A stretch of 64,000 nucleotides of DNA from Mobula hypostoma (lineage: Eukaryota), in NCBI RefSeq assembly GCF_963921235.1, contig NC_086101.1, forward strand, positions 9,550,001 through 9,614,000. The letters run 5' to 3'. Made by a program: the position numbers and the translations under genes. The notes beneath the pieces were generated by a model. The model was not told where the DNA came from. It worked only from the letters and a program-made list of their open reading frames with translations, and did not search any database. Of this stretch, positions 1 through 12,167 are shown in pieces; the first letter of the stretch is position 1; every line of letters begins with the position of its first letter.

Positions 1-165
1 TTGTAGGGTAACAGCTGTCCATGAACCTGGCGGTGTGGGACCTAAGGGTTCTGTATGTCCTGCTCGATGGGAGTGGAGAGAAGAGAGCATGGTGTGGATG
101 GTTGGAGTCCTTGATGACGGTCGCTGCTTTCTTGTGGCCAGGCTCCATGTAAATGGGCTCATCGC
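1..165 (-). mobile_element. Rex1/Babar-type LINE, ORF 3' remnant
   Basis: Reverse strand reads like the IKDSNHPHHALFSPLPS C-terminal motif seen in the better-preserved copies at 30685 and 58930. Confidence 0.65.
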
Positions 166-169
166 TGAG

Positions 170-965
170 GATTAGAAAATTTGCAGACGATAGCAAGATT
201 GGGGGTGTAGTGGACAGCAAGGGAGACTATCAGAGCTTGCTGTGGGATCTGGTCCAGCTGAAATTGGACTGGAAGATGGCAGATGGAATTTAATGTGGAC
301 AATTGCAAGATGTTGCACTTTGGTAGGACCTACCTGAGTGAGGAGTGCAGTAGAACAAAGAGATCTGGGAATACGGTCCAACATTCATTGAAAGTGGTGT
401 CTCAGGTTGATCGGGTCGTAAGGAAAGCTTTAGGCGCGTTGGCCTTCATAAACCAAAATATAGATTACAAGAGATGGGATGTTATGTTGAAGTTGTATCA
501 GATGTTTACGAGGCCTAATTTGGAGTATTGTGTGCAGTTTTTCCTACAGGAAAGATGTTAATAAGGTTGAAAGGGTACAGAAAAAATTGACAAGGATATC
601 GCTGGGACTGGAGACCCCAAGTTATAAGGAAAGGTTGAAAGACTTTATTCCGTGGAATGTAGAAGATTGAGGGGAAATTTGATAGAGGTAAACAAAAGCC
701 TGAGTGGTATAGATAGGGTAAATGCAAGCAGGTTTTTTCCACTTTGGTTGGGTGGGATTACAACAAGGTCACTGGTAAGGGTGAAAGGTGGAAAGTTTAA
801 GGGGAACATGAGGGGACACTTCTTCACTCAGGTTGTGAGAGTGTGGAATGAGCTGCCAGCACAAGAGGTGCATGTGAGCTCAATTTGAAGGTTTAAGAGA
901 AGTTTGGATAGGTACATGGATGGCAGGCATATGGAGGACTATGGTCCTGGTACAGGTCGATGGGA
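170..965 (+). mobile_element. CR1 LINE, ORF2 3' fragment (decayed)
   Basis: MEFNVDNCKMLHFG...RPNLEYCVQF and RRLRGNLIEV...FFTQ..VWNELP motifs, with frameshifts. Confidence 0.9.
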
Positions 966-969
966 GGAG

Positions 970-1690
970 GCATTTCCAATTCTCTCCCCATCTAAATAGT
1001 AGTCTGCCCGAAATTTCCTCAAAGAATTGTAGTAGGTTTGTCAGGCAGTATTTTCCTTTCAGGAAACGATACTGGTTTTGGCCTACTTTGTCATGTGCCT
1101 CCAGGTACTTCGTAATCTCATCCCTACCTATCCATTCCAACAACTTCCCAACCACTGATGTCAGGCTAACAGGTCTAGTTTCCTTTCTGCTGCCTCCCAC
1201 CCTTCTTAAATAGCAGCGTAACATTTCCAATTTTGCAGTCATCGGGTACAACGGCAGAATCTATCAATTCTTGAAAGAGCATTGTTAATGCCTCCGCATT
1301 CTCTCCAGCTACTTCCTTCAGAACCCGAGGGTGCATTCCATCAGGTCCAGGAGATTTATTCACCCTCAGACCATCAAGCTTCCTGAGAACCTTCTCAGTC
1401 GTAATTTTCACTGCACAAACTTCCTTCCCTGACACTCTTGAATGTTCGGTATACTGCAGATGTTGTCTTCCACTGTGAAGACTGTTGCAATATATGCATT
1501 CAGTTCCTCTGCCATCTCTTCATTTCTCATTACAATATCTCCAGTGTCATTTTGTATTGGTCCTATATCTACCCTCGACTCTCTTTTACCCTTTATATAC
1601 TTTGAAAAAGCTTTTAGTATCTTCTTTGATGTTCATCATAATTCATCTTTTCCTTCTGACTGTCCTTCTTATTTTCCTTCTGCAAGTTTT
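970..1690 (-). mobile_element. CR1 LINE, ORF2 fragment
   Basis: KSPGPDGMHPRVLKE, RPVSLTSVVGKLLE and CLTNLLQFFEE motifs. Confidence 0.9.
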
Positions 1691-1714
1691 TAAAACACTT
1701 TGAACCACTACCGT

Positions 1715-2035
1715 CAGTAATAGGTACAGGAGCATCAGGACTAGGACTGCCAGACTGGGTGTCAGCCACTTCCCTCAGGCTGTGAGACTAATGAATACCC
1801 TGTCACCACCAAGGTCTTGTCACTGGGACAAAAAGCCATTTGCTGTTCACCTGTGCTGTGGTTTATTGCATGCATTTTGAATTAGATTTTATAAACTTCA
1901 TTGTAATATAATATTTTTGTTAATGTGCTGTGTGTGATATATGTTTTGTGGATGCAGCATGGTCTGGAAGAATGTTATTTTGTTTGATTGTATATATGTA
2001 CAGTCCGCTGATATGAAACTTGAACTTGAATTTGA
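1715..2035 (+). mobile_element. Rex1/Babar 3' end with (CTTGAA)n tail
   Basis: RYRSIRTRTARL-type coding end, AT-rich 3' UTR and AAACTTGAACTTGAA tail; similar to 2995-3490. Confidence 0.7.
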
Positions 2036-2223
2036 AGGGACATGCCAGACTTCTCTGGTCCCCTGAGGAGGAAGAGGCCCTGGGGCACTTTCTTGGTCGT
2101 ATTCCCTGTACCACAAATACCTTCTACTGATTTCATTCGGTTACAGAAGTTTTCTCAAGCTTGCTTCACCGTCTCTGGGGACTGAAATCTGGTTTGTCTG
2201 ACTCTCCCAGCTACTGTCAGTCA

Positions 2224-2236
2224 CCACAAGGGGGCG
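2224..2236 (+). promoter_or_regulatory. CTCF-like motif
   Basis: CCACAAGGGGGCG closely matches the CTCF core consensus and lies in unique sequence. Confidence 0.45.
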
Positions 2237-2398
2237 ATGAGGGACCGTTCTGCACATTGTCACGTTGGATTCGGCTCGACAACAGCGGGTCTGGGAGGCG
2301 ACCTTGAAGGGAAGCCCCCTCCGAGTCTGACTGTGTCTGGGGGTTGAGGAGGGGGTGTTGGGTTTGCACCACAGGAAGTCGGCAATAGCGAAGCACCC

Positions 2399-2443
2399 TT
2401 AGTAAGTCAAGCCTGTCAGTAGGAAACTGCTGATGATGGGTTC
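2399..2443 (-). CDS. Candidate terminal coding exon (EPIISSFLLTGLTY*) of an unidentified gene
   Basis: Acceptor cgtctcgttctctcgctttag|GAA; phase 0 matches the donor at 4556; TAA at 2401-2399. Confidence 0.45.
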   Translation of the reverse strand, partial: EPIISSFLLTGLTY

Positions 2444-2994
2444 CTAAAGCGAGAGAACGAGACGCCGACAACTGCGGATGATCCGCTGTGTAGACGATGC
2501 ACAGGGCAATTACAGTAGATAATTACAAATTCTGGTAATTACTCATCCTTTACTCTCCTCTCATTTTCCACTTCACGCACCTGAAAATTGACTGATTCCA
2601 CAACCTAGGGACTCACTTTCAAGGAATCGACAACTCGTTCTCAGTGTTATTTATTACATATTTATTTATTAATAGCAATTGTTTCTTCTTGTAGTCACAC
2701 AGTTTGTCTTCTTCTGCACATTGATTATATGTTGTTTGTTTGTGTGGAGTTTTTCATTGATTCTATTGTGTTTCTTTGTGTCTACTGTAAATGCCTGCAA
2801 GGAAATGAATGTCAGGGTGATGAAAATGTACTTTGACAATAGTTTTGCTTTGAACTGAGCTCCTCCAGCATTTTCTGTGTGTTGTCAGTATTTTCAGCAT
2901 CTGCAAGATCTCAAGAACAATAAGACCATGAGGCACGGGCACAGAATGAGGCCATTCAGTCCATCGAGTCTGGTCTGCCTTTCGATGCTGATCC

Positions 2995-3490
2995 AGAAGA
3001 AGGAAGCTGCAAGTCCTCAGGCCACAAAGCCCTACAGAGGATAGTAAAGACTGCCAAGAGGATCACTGGGGTCTCCCCCTGCCCCCGGGTTGTTACATTT
3101 ACCGGGAGGGTTAAATAGAAAGGGACCAAAGCATTGTTGAGGAACACCACCACCACAATCTCTTCGACCCACGACCACCAGGAAGGAGATGCAGGAGCAT
3201 GAGGATAGAAATGCCAGACGGGTTACAATTTCTACCCTCTGGCTGTGAGACGAATGACTACCCTGCCACCACTAAGGTCTTGTCACTAGGACAGGGAGCT
3301 GTTCAGTATTTACCTGTGCTCCACACTTGATATGCATTTTGAATGATAGTTTATTATCTTATTTGTGGTAATATTTTGTTTTATGCGATGTGTGTGATAT
3401 ATGTGTTGTGGGTGCTCAATGGTCTGGAAGAACATTGATTCGTTTGTGTTTATGAACAGTCAGATGACAGTAAACTTGAACTTGAGCTTG
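2995..3490 (+). mobile_element. Rex1/Babar 3' fragment
   Basis: KALQRIVKTAKRITGVS motif, 3' UTR and CTTGAA tail. Confidence 0.8.
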
Positions 3491-4200
3491 ATGATGGCCG
3501 ATGTACTTTCCATCTCAACCCCCGTCCTTCTGCCTTCTCCCAGTAAACCTGACAAGCTTGTTAACCTATTACCCTCCGCTCAAAATACACCCAACGGCTT
3601 GGCCTCCATAGGCATCAGTACCAATGGATTCCACAGATTCACCATCCTCTCCTGACACATCCCTCCTCATCTCTGTTGTAAATGGATATCCTTTTATTCT
3701 GAGGCTGTGCCCTCTGGTCATAGACTCTCCCACTACAGGAAACATCCTGACGACGTTCACTCCACCTCGGCCTTTCAGTATTTGATAGGTTTCATTGGGA
3801 TTCCCCTCCCCCCTCTCCATCCCTCTGCATCCCAGCAAGTAGAGACCCTCTTCAGATATTAACCCCTTCATATCCTGGATCATTCTGATGAACCTCCTCT
3901 GGACCTACTCCAACACCAGTCGATCCTTTCCAAGATATGGTGCCTAAAACTGCTGCCAATACACCAAATGTGGCCTGACCGATGATTTATAAAGACTCAT
4001 CATTACAGTATATCTTTGCTCTTATATTTCACTACCTTTGAAATGAATGCTAACATTGCATTTGCCTTCCTTACTGCCGTCTCAACCTCCAAGTTAATCT
4101 TTAGGGTATTCTGCACTCGCTCTCCCAGGTCCCTTTGCACCTCTGATTTCGGAATTCCCTCCCGTTTAGAAAATATTCTCTGCCTTTATTCCTTGTTTCC
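3490..4200 (-). mobile_element. CR1 LINE 3' fragment
   Basis: RMFPVVGESMTRGHSLRIKG motif. Confidence 0.85.
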
Positions 4201-4214
4201 AGAGAAGATACGAG

Positions 4215-4505
4215 CAGCTTTTACTTGTCACATCAGAACAGAGATTGGAATGAGTCATTTGCGTCAACAATGAGCCCACATTCCGAGGATGTGTTGGGGG
4301 CAGCCGGCAAGTGTCACCATGTTTCTAGAGCCAACGTAATGTGGCCACGACTTATTAATCCTAACCCGTACATCTTTGTACTGTGGGCAGAAACCAGAGC
4401 ATGCGAAGGAAAGCCCTTACAAGCTCCTTACAGACAAGTGGCAGGAATGAAACTCTGATTGCTGGTGCGGTGGAGCGTTACGCTAACTGGTACGAGACCT
4501 TGCCA
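4215..4505 (-). mobile_element. tRNA-derived SINE (V-SINE/HE1-like)
   Basis: Core similar to GGTTTCCTCCCACA..CCAAAGA..GGTTAGG; related copies at 13560, 14195, 30400, 34690 and 57010. Confidence 0.6.
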
Positions 4506-4555
4506 CACTCATCACATCAGGCGTGTAAACTGTGCTTCTGGTCTCCGGCGCTCAC

Positions 4556-4653
4556 CTTTACCAGAAGGTCACCCGCAGCCTCAGGAGTTGGTTCCGCAGC
4601 AGGAGAAGATCGGGCAAGCACGGGTGAAGCTGGCATCGCAGTTAAACCAACCT
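4556..4653 (-). CDS. Candidate exon, 98 nt: (E)VGLTAMPASPVLARSSPAAEPTPEAAGDLLVK
   Basis: Acceptor ctcttcccag|AG, donor AAG|gtgagc; only one frame is open (phase 1 to 0). Confidence 0.5.
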
Positions 4654-4740
4654 CTGGGAAGAGGGTTTTTTTTTTGGGAATCAGAATGTTGCTGAGCTCT
4701 TGTGTGGGTGTTGGGGGAGGTGCTGTTGTGTGGGAGATAC

Positions 4741-4770
4741 CTGCTTGGGGTCGAGACATATTTCCCACCC
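4741..4770 (-). CDS. Candidate 30-nt exon: (G)VGNMSRPQA
   Basis: Acceptor catcaccttgcag|GG, donor CAG|gtatct; phase 1-1; 87-nt intron to the next exon. Confidence 0.45.
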
Positions 4771-5004
4771 CTGCAAGGTGATGATGTGTGTTGATCTCTG
4801 AGTCAATGTGATACCCTCTGACCACACTTCCCACCTTCATGCTGTTCTTGGGTCAAGTGGACAGGAAAGGACAAAGGGAGAAGAAGTTAAGCTGATATTA
4901 AGTGTCAGCCAAGCCAAGTAGGGTCCCGAGGATCACAATATTCAAACTCCACCCCCAGTTGATCTCAGAAAGTAAAAGTTCAAGTGAGTTCAAATCTCTT
5001 TCAG

Positions 5005-5685
5005 TACCACTTTGAATTGTAATAAAGAATGACAAACACACAATGACGACGAACACAGAATCAATTTTAAAATAATCTTCCAGCTCTCTTCAGATATGAA
5101 AATATGTAAATACTTTTCCCAGTCTCCTCTAAAGAGGCCTTTTTCAGCCCCAACAGCAGACTATAAATGTAAGATATTGAACTGTTGTCAAAGGGTTTCA
5201 GATTAAAAATTGTATCTATTATATTCTTATCTGGACTTGTCGGAAATGTATGTAATTGAGATCTTAAAACATCTCTAATCTGTAAGTTTTGAAAAAAGTG
5301 AGTATTGGAAAGGTTAAATTTTGTTAAAAGTTGCACAAAAGAAGAGAGATTCTTTCCATCAAACAAATCCTGAAATCGTTTAATACCCAAACTATCCCAT
5401 TCTTTAAAAGATAAGTCAATTAAAGATGGTTTTAAAAAACAACGAGAAAAGATGGGACTTGAGAGGGAGAATCTCAGTAAACCAAAATGTTTTCTAAACT
5501 GTAGCCAAATCCTCAAAGTATGTTTGACCACCACATTGTCAGTTAGTTTATTTAAAGATAAAGGAGGTGAGGATCCAAGTAAAGAAACAACGGAAAATTT
5601 CATAACTGAGTTAACTTCCAAAGAAACCCTTATAGGGCAATTCTCATGGTTAATGTAATATATCCAGAACATAATATTTTGTGTA
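5005..5685 (-). mobile_element. L1/Tx1-clade ORF2, inverted 5' segment
   Basis: 201-aa ORF (TLRIWLQFRKHF...QIRD) continuing to HSLLQFKVV near 5005. Confidence 0.8.
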
Positions 5686-5943
5686 TTATGAGTTCATATG
5701 TCTAAAGACAAACTCTCTCGTTGCTACACAGATATTTCCCCTTACTGTGATCGATGTACTAATAGAGTGGCCACAATAATTCATATGTTTTTGACATGTC
5801 CAAGCCTTGATAAATATTGGAAAGATGTATTTCAAACTTTTTCTGTACTTTTCAGTGTTAGTTTTAAGCCCAAACCTTTGACTGCCATGTTTGGTATTGT
5901 CGAGGATAGTGCAACATAACTGAAGCCATCTAATTTGCAGGTA

Positions 5944-7426
5944 AACACGAGGACATCTGCAGATGCTGGAAATTCAAGCAACACACACAAAAATGCTCCT
6001 GCACGCATGCTGAGCTCGTTGACTTCATTAACTTTGCCTCCAACTTTCACCCTGCCCTCAAGTTTACCTGGTCGATTTCTGACACCTCCCTCCCCTTTCT
6101 AGATCTTTCTGTCTCTATCTCTGGAGACAGCTTATCCACTGATGTCTACTATAAGCCTACGGACACTCACAGCTACCTGGACTATTCCTCCTCCCAGACT
6201 GTCTCTTGCAAAAACGCCATCCCCTTTTCACAATTCCTCTGTCTCCGCCACATCTGCTCTCAGGACGAAGGAGGTGTCCTCCGTGTTTAAAGAAAGGGGC
6301 TTCCCTTCCTCCACCATCAACTCTGCTCTCAAACGCATCTCTCCCATTTCACGCACATCTGCTCTCACCCCATCCTCCTGCCACCCCACTAGGAATAGTG
6401 TTCCCCTTGTCCTCACCTACCACCCCACCAGCCTCTGGGTCCGACATATAATTCTCCGTAACTTTTGACACCTCCAACGGGATCCCACCACTAACCACAT
6501 CTTTCCCTCCCCCCGTTTCTGCTTTCCGCAGGGATCGTTCCCTACGTGACTCCGTTGTCCATTCTTCCCCCCCCCCATCTCTCCCCACTGATCTCCCTCC
6601 TGGCACTTATCCGTATAAGCAGAACAAGTGCTACACATGCCCTTACATTTCCTCCCTCACCACCATTCAGGGCCCCAGACAGTCCTTCCAGGTGAGGCGA
6701 CACTTCACCTGTGAGTCGGCTGGGGTGATATACTGCGTCCGGTGCTCCCAGTGCGGCCTATATATTGGCAAGACCTGACGCAGGCTGGGAGACCGTTTTG
6801 CTGAACACCTACGCTCTGTCCGCCAGAGAAAGCAAGATCTCCCAGTGGCCACGCATTTTAATTCCACGTCCCAATCCCATTCTGATATGTTTATCCACGG
6901 CCTCCTCTACTGTCAAGATGAAGCCACACTCAGGTTGGAGGAACAACAACTTATATTCTGTCTGGGTAGCCTCCAACCTGATGGCATGAACATTGACTTC
7001 TCAAACATCCGTTAATGCCCCACCTCCCCCTCGTACCCCATCCCTTATTTATTTATTTATTTATTCATTCATTCATTCATTCATTCATTCTTCCTCCTTT
7101 TTTCTCCCTCTGTCCCTCTCACTATACCCCTTGTCCATCCTCTGGGTTCCACCCCCCCCGCCCCTTTCTTTCTCCCTGGGCCTCCTGTCCCATGATCCTC
7201 TCATATCCCTTTTGCCAATCACCTGTCCAGCTCTTGGCTCCATCCCTCCCCTCCTGTCTTCTATCATTTCGGATCTCCCCCTCCCCCTCCCCCTCCCACT
7301 TTCAAATCTCTTACTATCTCTTTTTTCAGTTAGTCCTGACGAAGGGTCTCGGCCGGAAATGTCGACTGTACCTCTTCCTATAGATGTTGCCTGGGCTGCT
7401 GCGTTCGCCAGCATTTTTAGTGTGTG
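5944..7426 (+). mobile_element. Penelope-like element (RT C-terminus plus GIY-YIG endonuclease), 5'-truncated, short inverted terminus on the left
   Basis: FLDL..TDVYYKPTD..SYLDY..AIPFSQFL and VIYCVRCSQCG.YIGKT..RL..RFAEH motifs; degenerate 13-bp duplication at 5931-5943 and 7427-7439. Confidence 0.88.
7332..7367 (+). ncRNA. Minimal hammerhead ribozyme motif in Penelope terminus
   Basis: agtc-CTGACGA-agggtctcggccg-GAAA-tgtc-gact. Confidence 0.6.
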
Positions 7427-7845
7427 TAACTTGCGAGTATTGGCCTTTATGTCTGTGATGGCCAGGAGGGTGATCTTGCTCAAGGGGAAGGAGGCCGCCC
7501 CGCCCGTTCATGTTCAATGGCCATCTGATGTTATGTTAGGCCTTGATCTAGAGAAGATTCGTTGTTCGATTTCTGATTCTAAACGATTTCCTAATGTTAT
7601 GGGGACCCTTTCTGAGTTACTTTCATAATCTTTGAACTGTTATTAAAGTATGGATCTGAGCCATTATTATTATAATATTATATGGTAAGGTATTTCTTTT
7701 TTTCCTTCTCTTTTTTTTAACTAACCAGCTCATTTTGGTAGTGGGGGTAGATTAAAAAAAAATAAAATACAATTATTTTATTTTATTTCATTTCATAATT
7801 CAATTTTTTTTACCAGGGTGCTGCCTAGATTACCGAGCATGATAA

Positions 7846-8095
7846 CAAGAGCAATGGAAGCTGATGAGAGATCTGATAGAGGTTTATAAGGTTATGAGAG
7901 GAATAGATTGAGTAGACAGACAGCATCTGTTTTCTCGGGTTGAAATCTCTAATACCAGAGGGCTTATAGTTAAGATGAGAGGGGGAATTTTCAAAGGAGG
8001 TGTGAGGGGAAAGTTTTTTTTTTACACAGAGAGTGCTGGGTACCTGGGGTGGTTTGGGTACATTTGGAACTTTTAAGATATGTTTAGATAGGCTC
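7846..8095 (+). mobile_element. CR1 3' fragment
   Basis: RDLIEVYKVMRGID motif. Confidence 0.8.
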
Positions 8096-8775
8096 ATTTC
8101 TTTTCACTTCAAGGTGGCTGGGGTCCTGTCAGTGATCTACAGTTGCAGCTTCAACTATGGTTCTCCACGGGGAGTGGGTTCGCATCGTGCGGTCGGGCGT
8201 TTCAGTATCTCCAGGCGCGGCCTGGGAGACGTGCGCCATTGGATGCGGCCCTGTGGGCCACCCGGTTCCTCGTTGATGTCACCGACTGCAGCGTTGCAGG
8301 AGGCTGAAACAGTGGGACAGCGGGCAGTGTGCGCGGCTGTCGGAGGGAGGCCTCGGCACTCGAGTGACCCCTGTCTCATTGACGGAGGGTGAGAACTTGT
8401 TGATCCTCAAGCCGGGGACTGGGAGAAGTGATTGTAACATCGAAACAGCGAGCTGCTGGTCTCCTGTTCTCGATTGTTGCAGGAGTGACCTCTCCCTCAC
8501 TCACCAGTGAGAGAAAGCCTGTCTGAGGTACCAAAGGGCTGGGTTATGGACTGTAGTTTTCTGATGGGACTCCAGAATAAGGTCTCTGTGGGGGCTTTTG
8601 CTATTGCTTGCATGGTGGGGGAGGAGGGGGCTGGTGTTTTTGCTGGAGCGTTGGGAGGAGGGGGAAGGGTTGATGCTTTTGCTGGGGCTTTGGCCTTCTG
8701 GCATCTCTGTCATTCATTATTCGGACATTTTTCTGTTGTGTGGATGTTTGTGAAGAGTAAGAATTTCAGGTTGTG

Positions 8776-9270
8776 ACTTTGGAGAGAGTCCAGGAGAGGT
8801 TTATGAGGATGATCCTAGGAAAGAAACAGTTAATGTATGTGGAGAATTTGATGGCTCTGGGTCTGTAATCGCTGCTGTTTTTGAGAATGTTGGGAGATCT
8901 CATTAAAATGTACCAAATAATGAAAGGCCTCGATAGAGTGGATGTGGGGAAGACGTTTCCAAAGTTGGGACAGTCTAGGACTATAGGACACGGCTTCAGC
9001 ACACAAGAACAGAGACGATGAGGAATTTCTGTAGCTAGAGGTAGTGAATCTATGGAATTCATTGCCACAGACAGCCATGGAAGCCAAATATATTTGGGTA
9101 TATTTAACACAGAGGTTGACAGGCTCTTGATTAGTAAGGGTGTCAAAGGTTACAAGAATAAGATTGGGGAATAGTGTTGAGAGGGAAAATAAACCCACCG
9201 TGATAGGATGGTAGAGCAGACTCAATGGGCTGAATGGCCTCATTCTGCTCCTAGCTCTTACGGTGCTATG
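8776..9270 (+). mobile_element. CR1 3' fragment with tail
   Basis: LERVQERFMRMI motif through the GGGCTGAATGGCCT 3' UTR. Confidence 0.85.
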
Positions 9271-9693
9271 GAACTGTCAGGATTTTGGGAAGATGGAGAA
9301 GCTGAGTCAGGCATCTTTAAGAAACTGCAGAGAGATTCCTTCGTCGGTGGGAGAACTTTCCTGTCTTTCAAATCTCTGAACATTGACCTACTGCCCAGTA
9401 GGAATCTGTCTGTCTCTGTTTCTGTCTATGTCTGTCTGTCTGTCTGACTCTCTCTTTAACTTTATTTCTTTCTCTCTGCTTGATCACACTCTCCTGACAT
9501 TCTCCCTCGGACCGAGAGTCATCCGTTTTCATCAGAAAACATTGGGCTCTCTGAGGACAACGAGGCGCTAATGAAGAGAAGAGGATGGGGGATAGGGAGG
9601 ACTTCCATGGGGTTGGCCGTGGGGTGGGGTGGGCTGGGGTTGGGGGGGACCAGTGTTTATCCAGCCGAAGCCATGGGCCTACTTTGCCCACAC

Positions 9694-9789
9694 CTTCCAC
9701 AGTGGAAGAGCTGTCCAATAGTTCTGAGCTGGGCCCAGGGTCAGTTGACCGAAACCTGGTGTGTGTCTTCAGGAGAAGGAGGGATGGGC
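9694..9789 (-). CDS. Candidate exon, 96 nt: PSLLLLKTHTRFRSTDPGPSSELLDSSSTVE
   Basis: Acceptor atttacag|GC, donor AAG|gtgtgg; phase 1-1 fits both neighbours; splice sites only moderate. Confidence 0.4.
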
Positions 9790-9989
9790 CTGTAAATCTT
9801 TAAGTAAAGCAAGTTTCCCTCTTTGTTTTTGTTACAGTTGTGAAATCATGAAAATCATTTTAATTCGAGGAGGAAGTGGTCAGGGGAGAAATTCCCACTC
9901 CTGATACAGTGCTCTGGAAACAGTGATGAGTTAAGTTTCTAAAGTCCTCTGCTCCAAGCTTCCCATCTCGCTTTATCCCTCTGCACCTT

Positions 9990-10615
9990 TGACCTACTTT
10001 CTTCTTGCTCTCCTTCCTCCCCCACAACCTTCTGCTGCCCTTTTCAGTCCTGAACTCTCTTATCTCTACTTCCCCCTCCCTGCTATGTCAGATTATCCAT
10101 GTCCCCACTTCGTCGTCCACCACACGCATTGCACACTTGTTCCTCTCTGTGCGTCATTCCTTTCCCTCACTCCACTGAACCCTTACCCCTCTCCCTGTCC
10201 CCGACTCACTCATACACACTTGCTCCCTCTCTTTCTTTCTCTCTTCCTCTCACACTCTCTTCCCTTTCCCATTCTCTTTCAGTCTATTCCAATTTCCCTC
10301 TCTCCCCATTTCAATTTCTCTTTCACTCTCTCCATGCCCTCTTTCTCTCTCCCTCCCTATCGCCTCTTCTCTCCTCCCCTCCCTCTCTCCAAGTCTCACC
10401 TTCACCCACTCTATCCCCATCTTGCACTCTCTCCCTCTGTATCTATTTGTCTGCCTCTCTCTTTTCTCTCCCTCTTACTCTCCGTCCCCCTCTCACTCTC
10501 TGCCTCTGTCTCTGTTATTCTCTATATGTGTGTCCTCTCTTCACTATCTTCCTGTCTCTTACTCCATTTCCACTCACTCTCTCTGACTCCCTCACTTTCT
10601 CTGTGTGCCTGTCAG
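9990..10615. repeat. CT-rich low-complexity tract
   Basis: Strongly pyrimidine-biased plus strand. Confidence 0.85.
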
Positions 10616-11339
10616 TCTTCAAGCACAGGACATACGACACTACAGCACAGTACAGGCCCTTCAGCCCACGATGTTGTGCCAGCCTTTTAACCTACTCCAA
10701 GATCAATCTAACCCTCCTTTCCCACAAAGGCTTCCATTTTCCTTTCATCCATATGCCTATCTGTGAGTAAGTCTAAATAAACCTATCTCTGACATCCCCC
10801 CTATACTTTCCTCCGATCAACTTAAAATTATGCCCTCTCATATTAGTCATCGCTGCTCTGGGAAATAGGTGCTTGCTGTCTATGAAACTTGTTATCTCTC
10901 TATCAAATCACATCTCGTCGTCCTTCCATAAGACCACAGATTACGCAGAGAGTGGTGGGTGTGTGGGACAACGCTGCCAGGGGTGATGGTCGGGAGAGGC
11001 ACATCAGGGACATTAAGAGACTGTTAGGTAGACAGATGGATGATAGACAAATAGGAGGCTATCTTGAAGGATTAGATTGATCTTGGAGTGGGTTAAAAGT
11101 TGGGGCCTGTATTGTGTTGTAATTCTCTAAGTTCAAAGTTTGTCCATAAATTAAAAGAAATTTCCAAATGGTTGTCTGGACTTCCTTGCTTCTGTTTTCC
11201 ATTTACCAAGCCCATATCCTGTGTACTTTGTAAACAACTTTCTCAACCTTTCCTTCCACTTCCACTGAATGATAGAGGTACCCCACATCTCCCCGTCCAT
11301 GTTCAACTTCCGGTTCTCCGACCTCTCATTTAAATTGTC

Positions 11340-11482
11340 CCTTCTCCTATCAATCTCTCTCTATCTCTCCATCTCTCTATTTCTCTCTCTATCTTCCATC
11401 TCTCTGTGTATCCATCTATCTCTCTCCTTCTCTCTCTCTCTCTCTATCTCTCTCTATCTATCTTTCTCTCTCTATCTCTATC

Positions 11483-11515
<33 letters not shown>

Positions 11516-11548
11516 CCCTCTCTCTCTCTCTATCTCTATCCTCTCTCT

Positions 11549-11588
<40 letters not shown>

Positions 11589-11642
11589 CCTATCCTCTCT
11601 CTCTCTCTCTCTATCTCTATCCTCTCTCTATCTCTCTCTATC

Positions 11643-11676
<34 letters not shown>

Positions 11677-11752
11677 CCTCTCTCTCTCTCTCTCTATCCC
11701 CTCTCTCTCTATCCTCTCTCTCTCTCTATCTCTCTCTATCCCCTCTCTCTCT

Positions 11753-11821
<69 letters not shown>
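11340..11821. repeat. (CT)n/(CTCTAT)n compound microsatellite with a (TA)n insert
   Basis: Directly visible. Confidence 0.97.
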
Positions 11822-11822
<1 letters not shown>

Positions 11823-12077
11823 ACAACCATGTTGGAGGTGCTGCTGCTGCCAAGGTTTGCATATGTATCCAGCAGCTCTCAGGTGGTTGCTCTGGGATTC
11901 TTGCAATACCATGGACGTGTCTTTGTGTTTATTCCTTTGTGATAAGGTCTTCCTTTCACCCTTTCATGTGTAACTGTTGCTGTGTGTATGATAGGCCTGT
12001 CATACAGCTGCAAGTTTTTCATACCCGTACCTCACCAAGTGAAACCGGTTTGCCTTGAACTGTCATTGCCGACTTAC

Positions 12078-12167
12078 TCATCTCTGAGAACTCGGACTTG
12101 TCCCTCAATCACATTTTACTTCTTGTGCACAAGGAGAACAGCCAGGGCGCTGCTGCCAAACTGTTCT
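12078..12167 (-). other. Candidate first exon (5' UTR ending in ATG-A)
   Basis: Starts at an Inr-like TTCAGAA 31 nt after the TATA box; ends GAGATGA|gtaagt (consensus donor); stop codons in all frames upstream of the ATG. Confidence 0.5.

Larger units (their letters stand above)
5686..7780 (+). mobile_element. L1/Tx1-clade ORF2 3' end, interrupted by a Penelope insertion
   Basis: CCHC-type motif CDRC...HMFLTC; resumes near 7430 (LAFMSVMARRVILL...LEKIR); A-rich tail near 7754-7770. Confidence 0.8.

Noticed and set aside
9989..11942. Long Leu/Ser-rich ORFs (178-233 aa)
   Set aside because: Translations of CT-rich low-complexity DNA and microsatellite.
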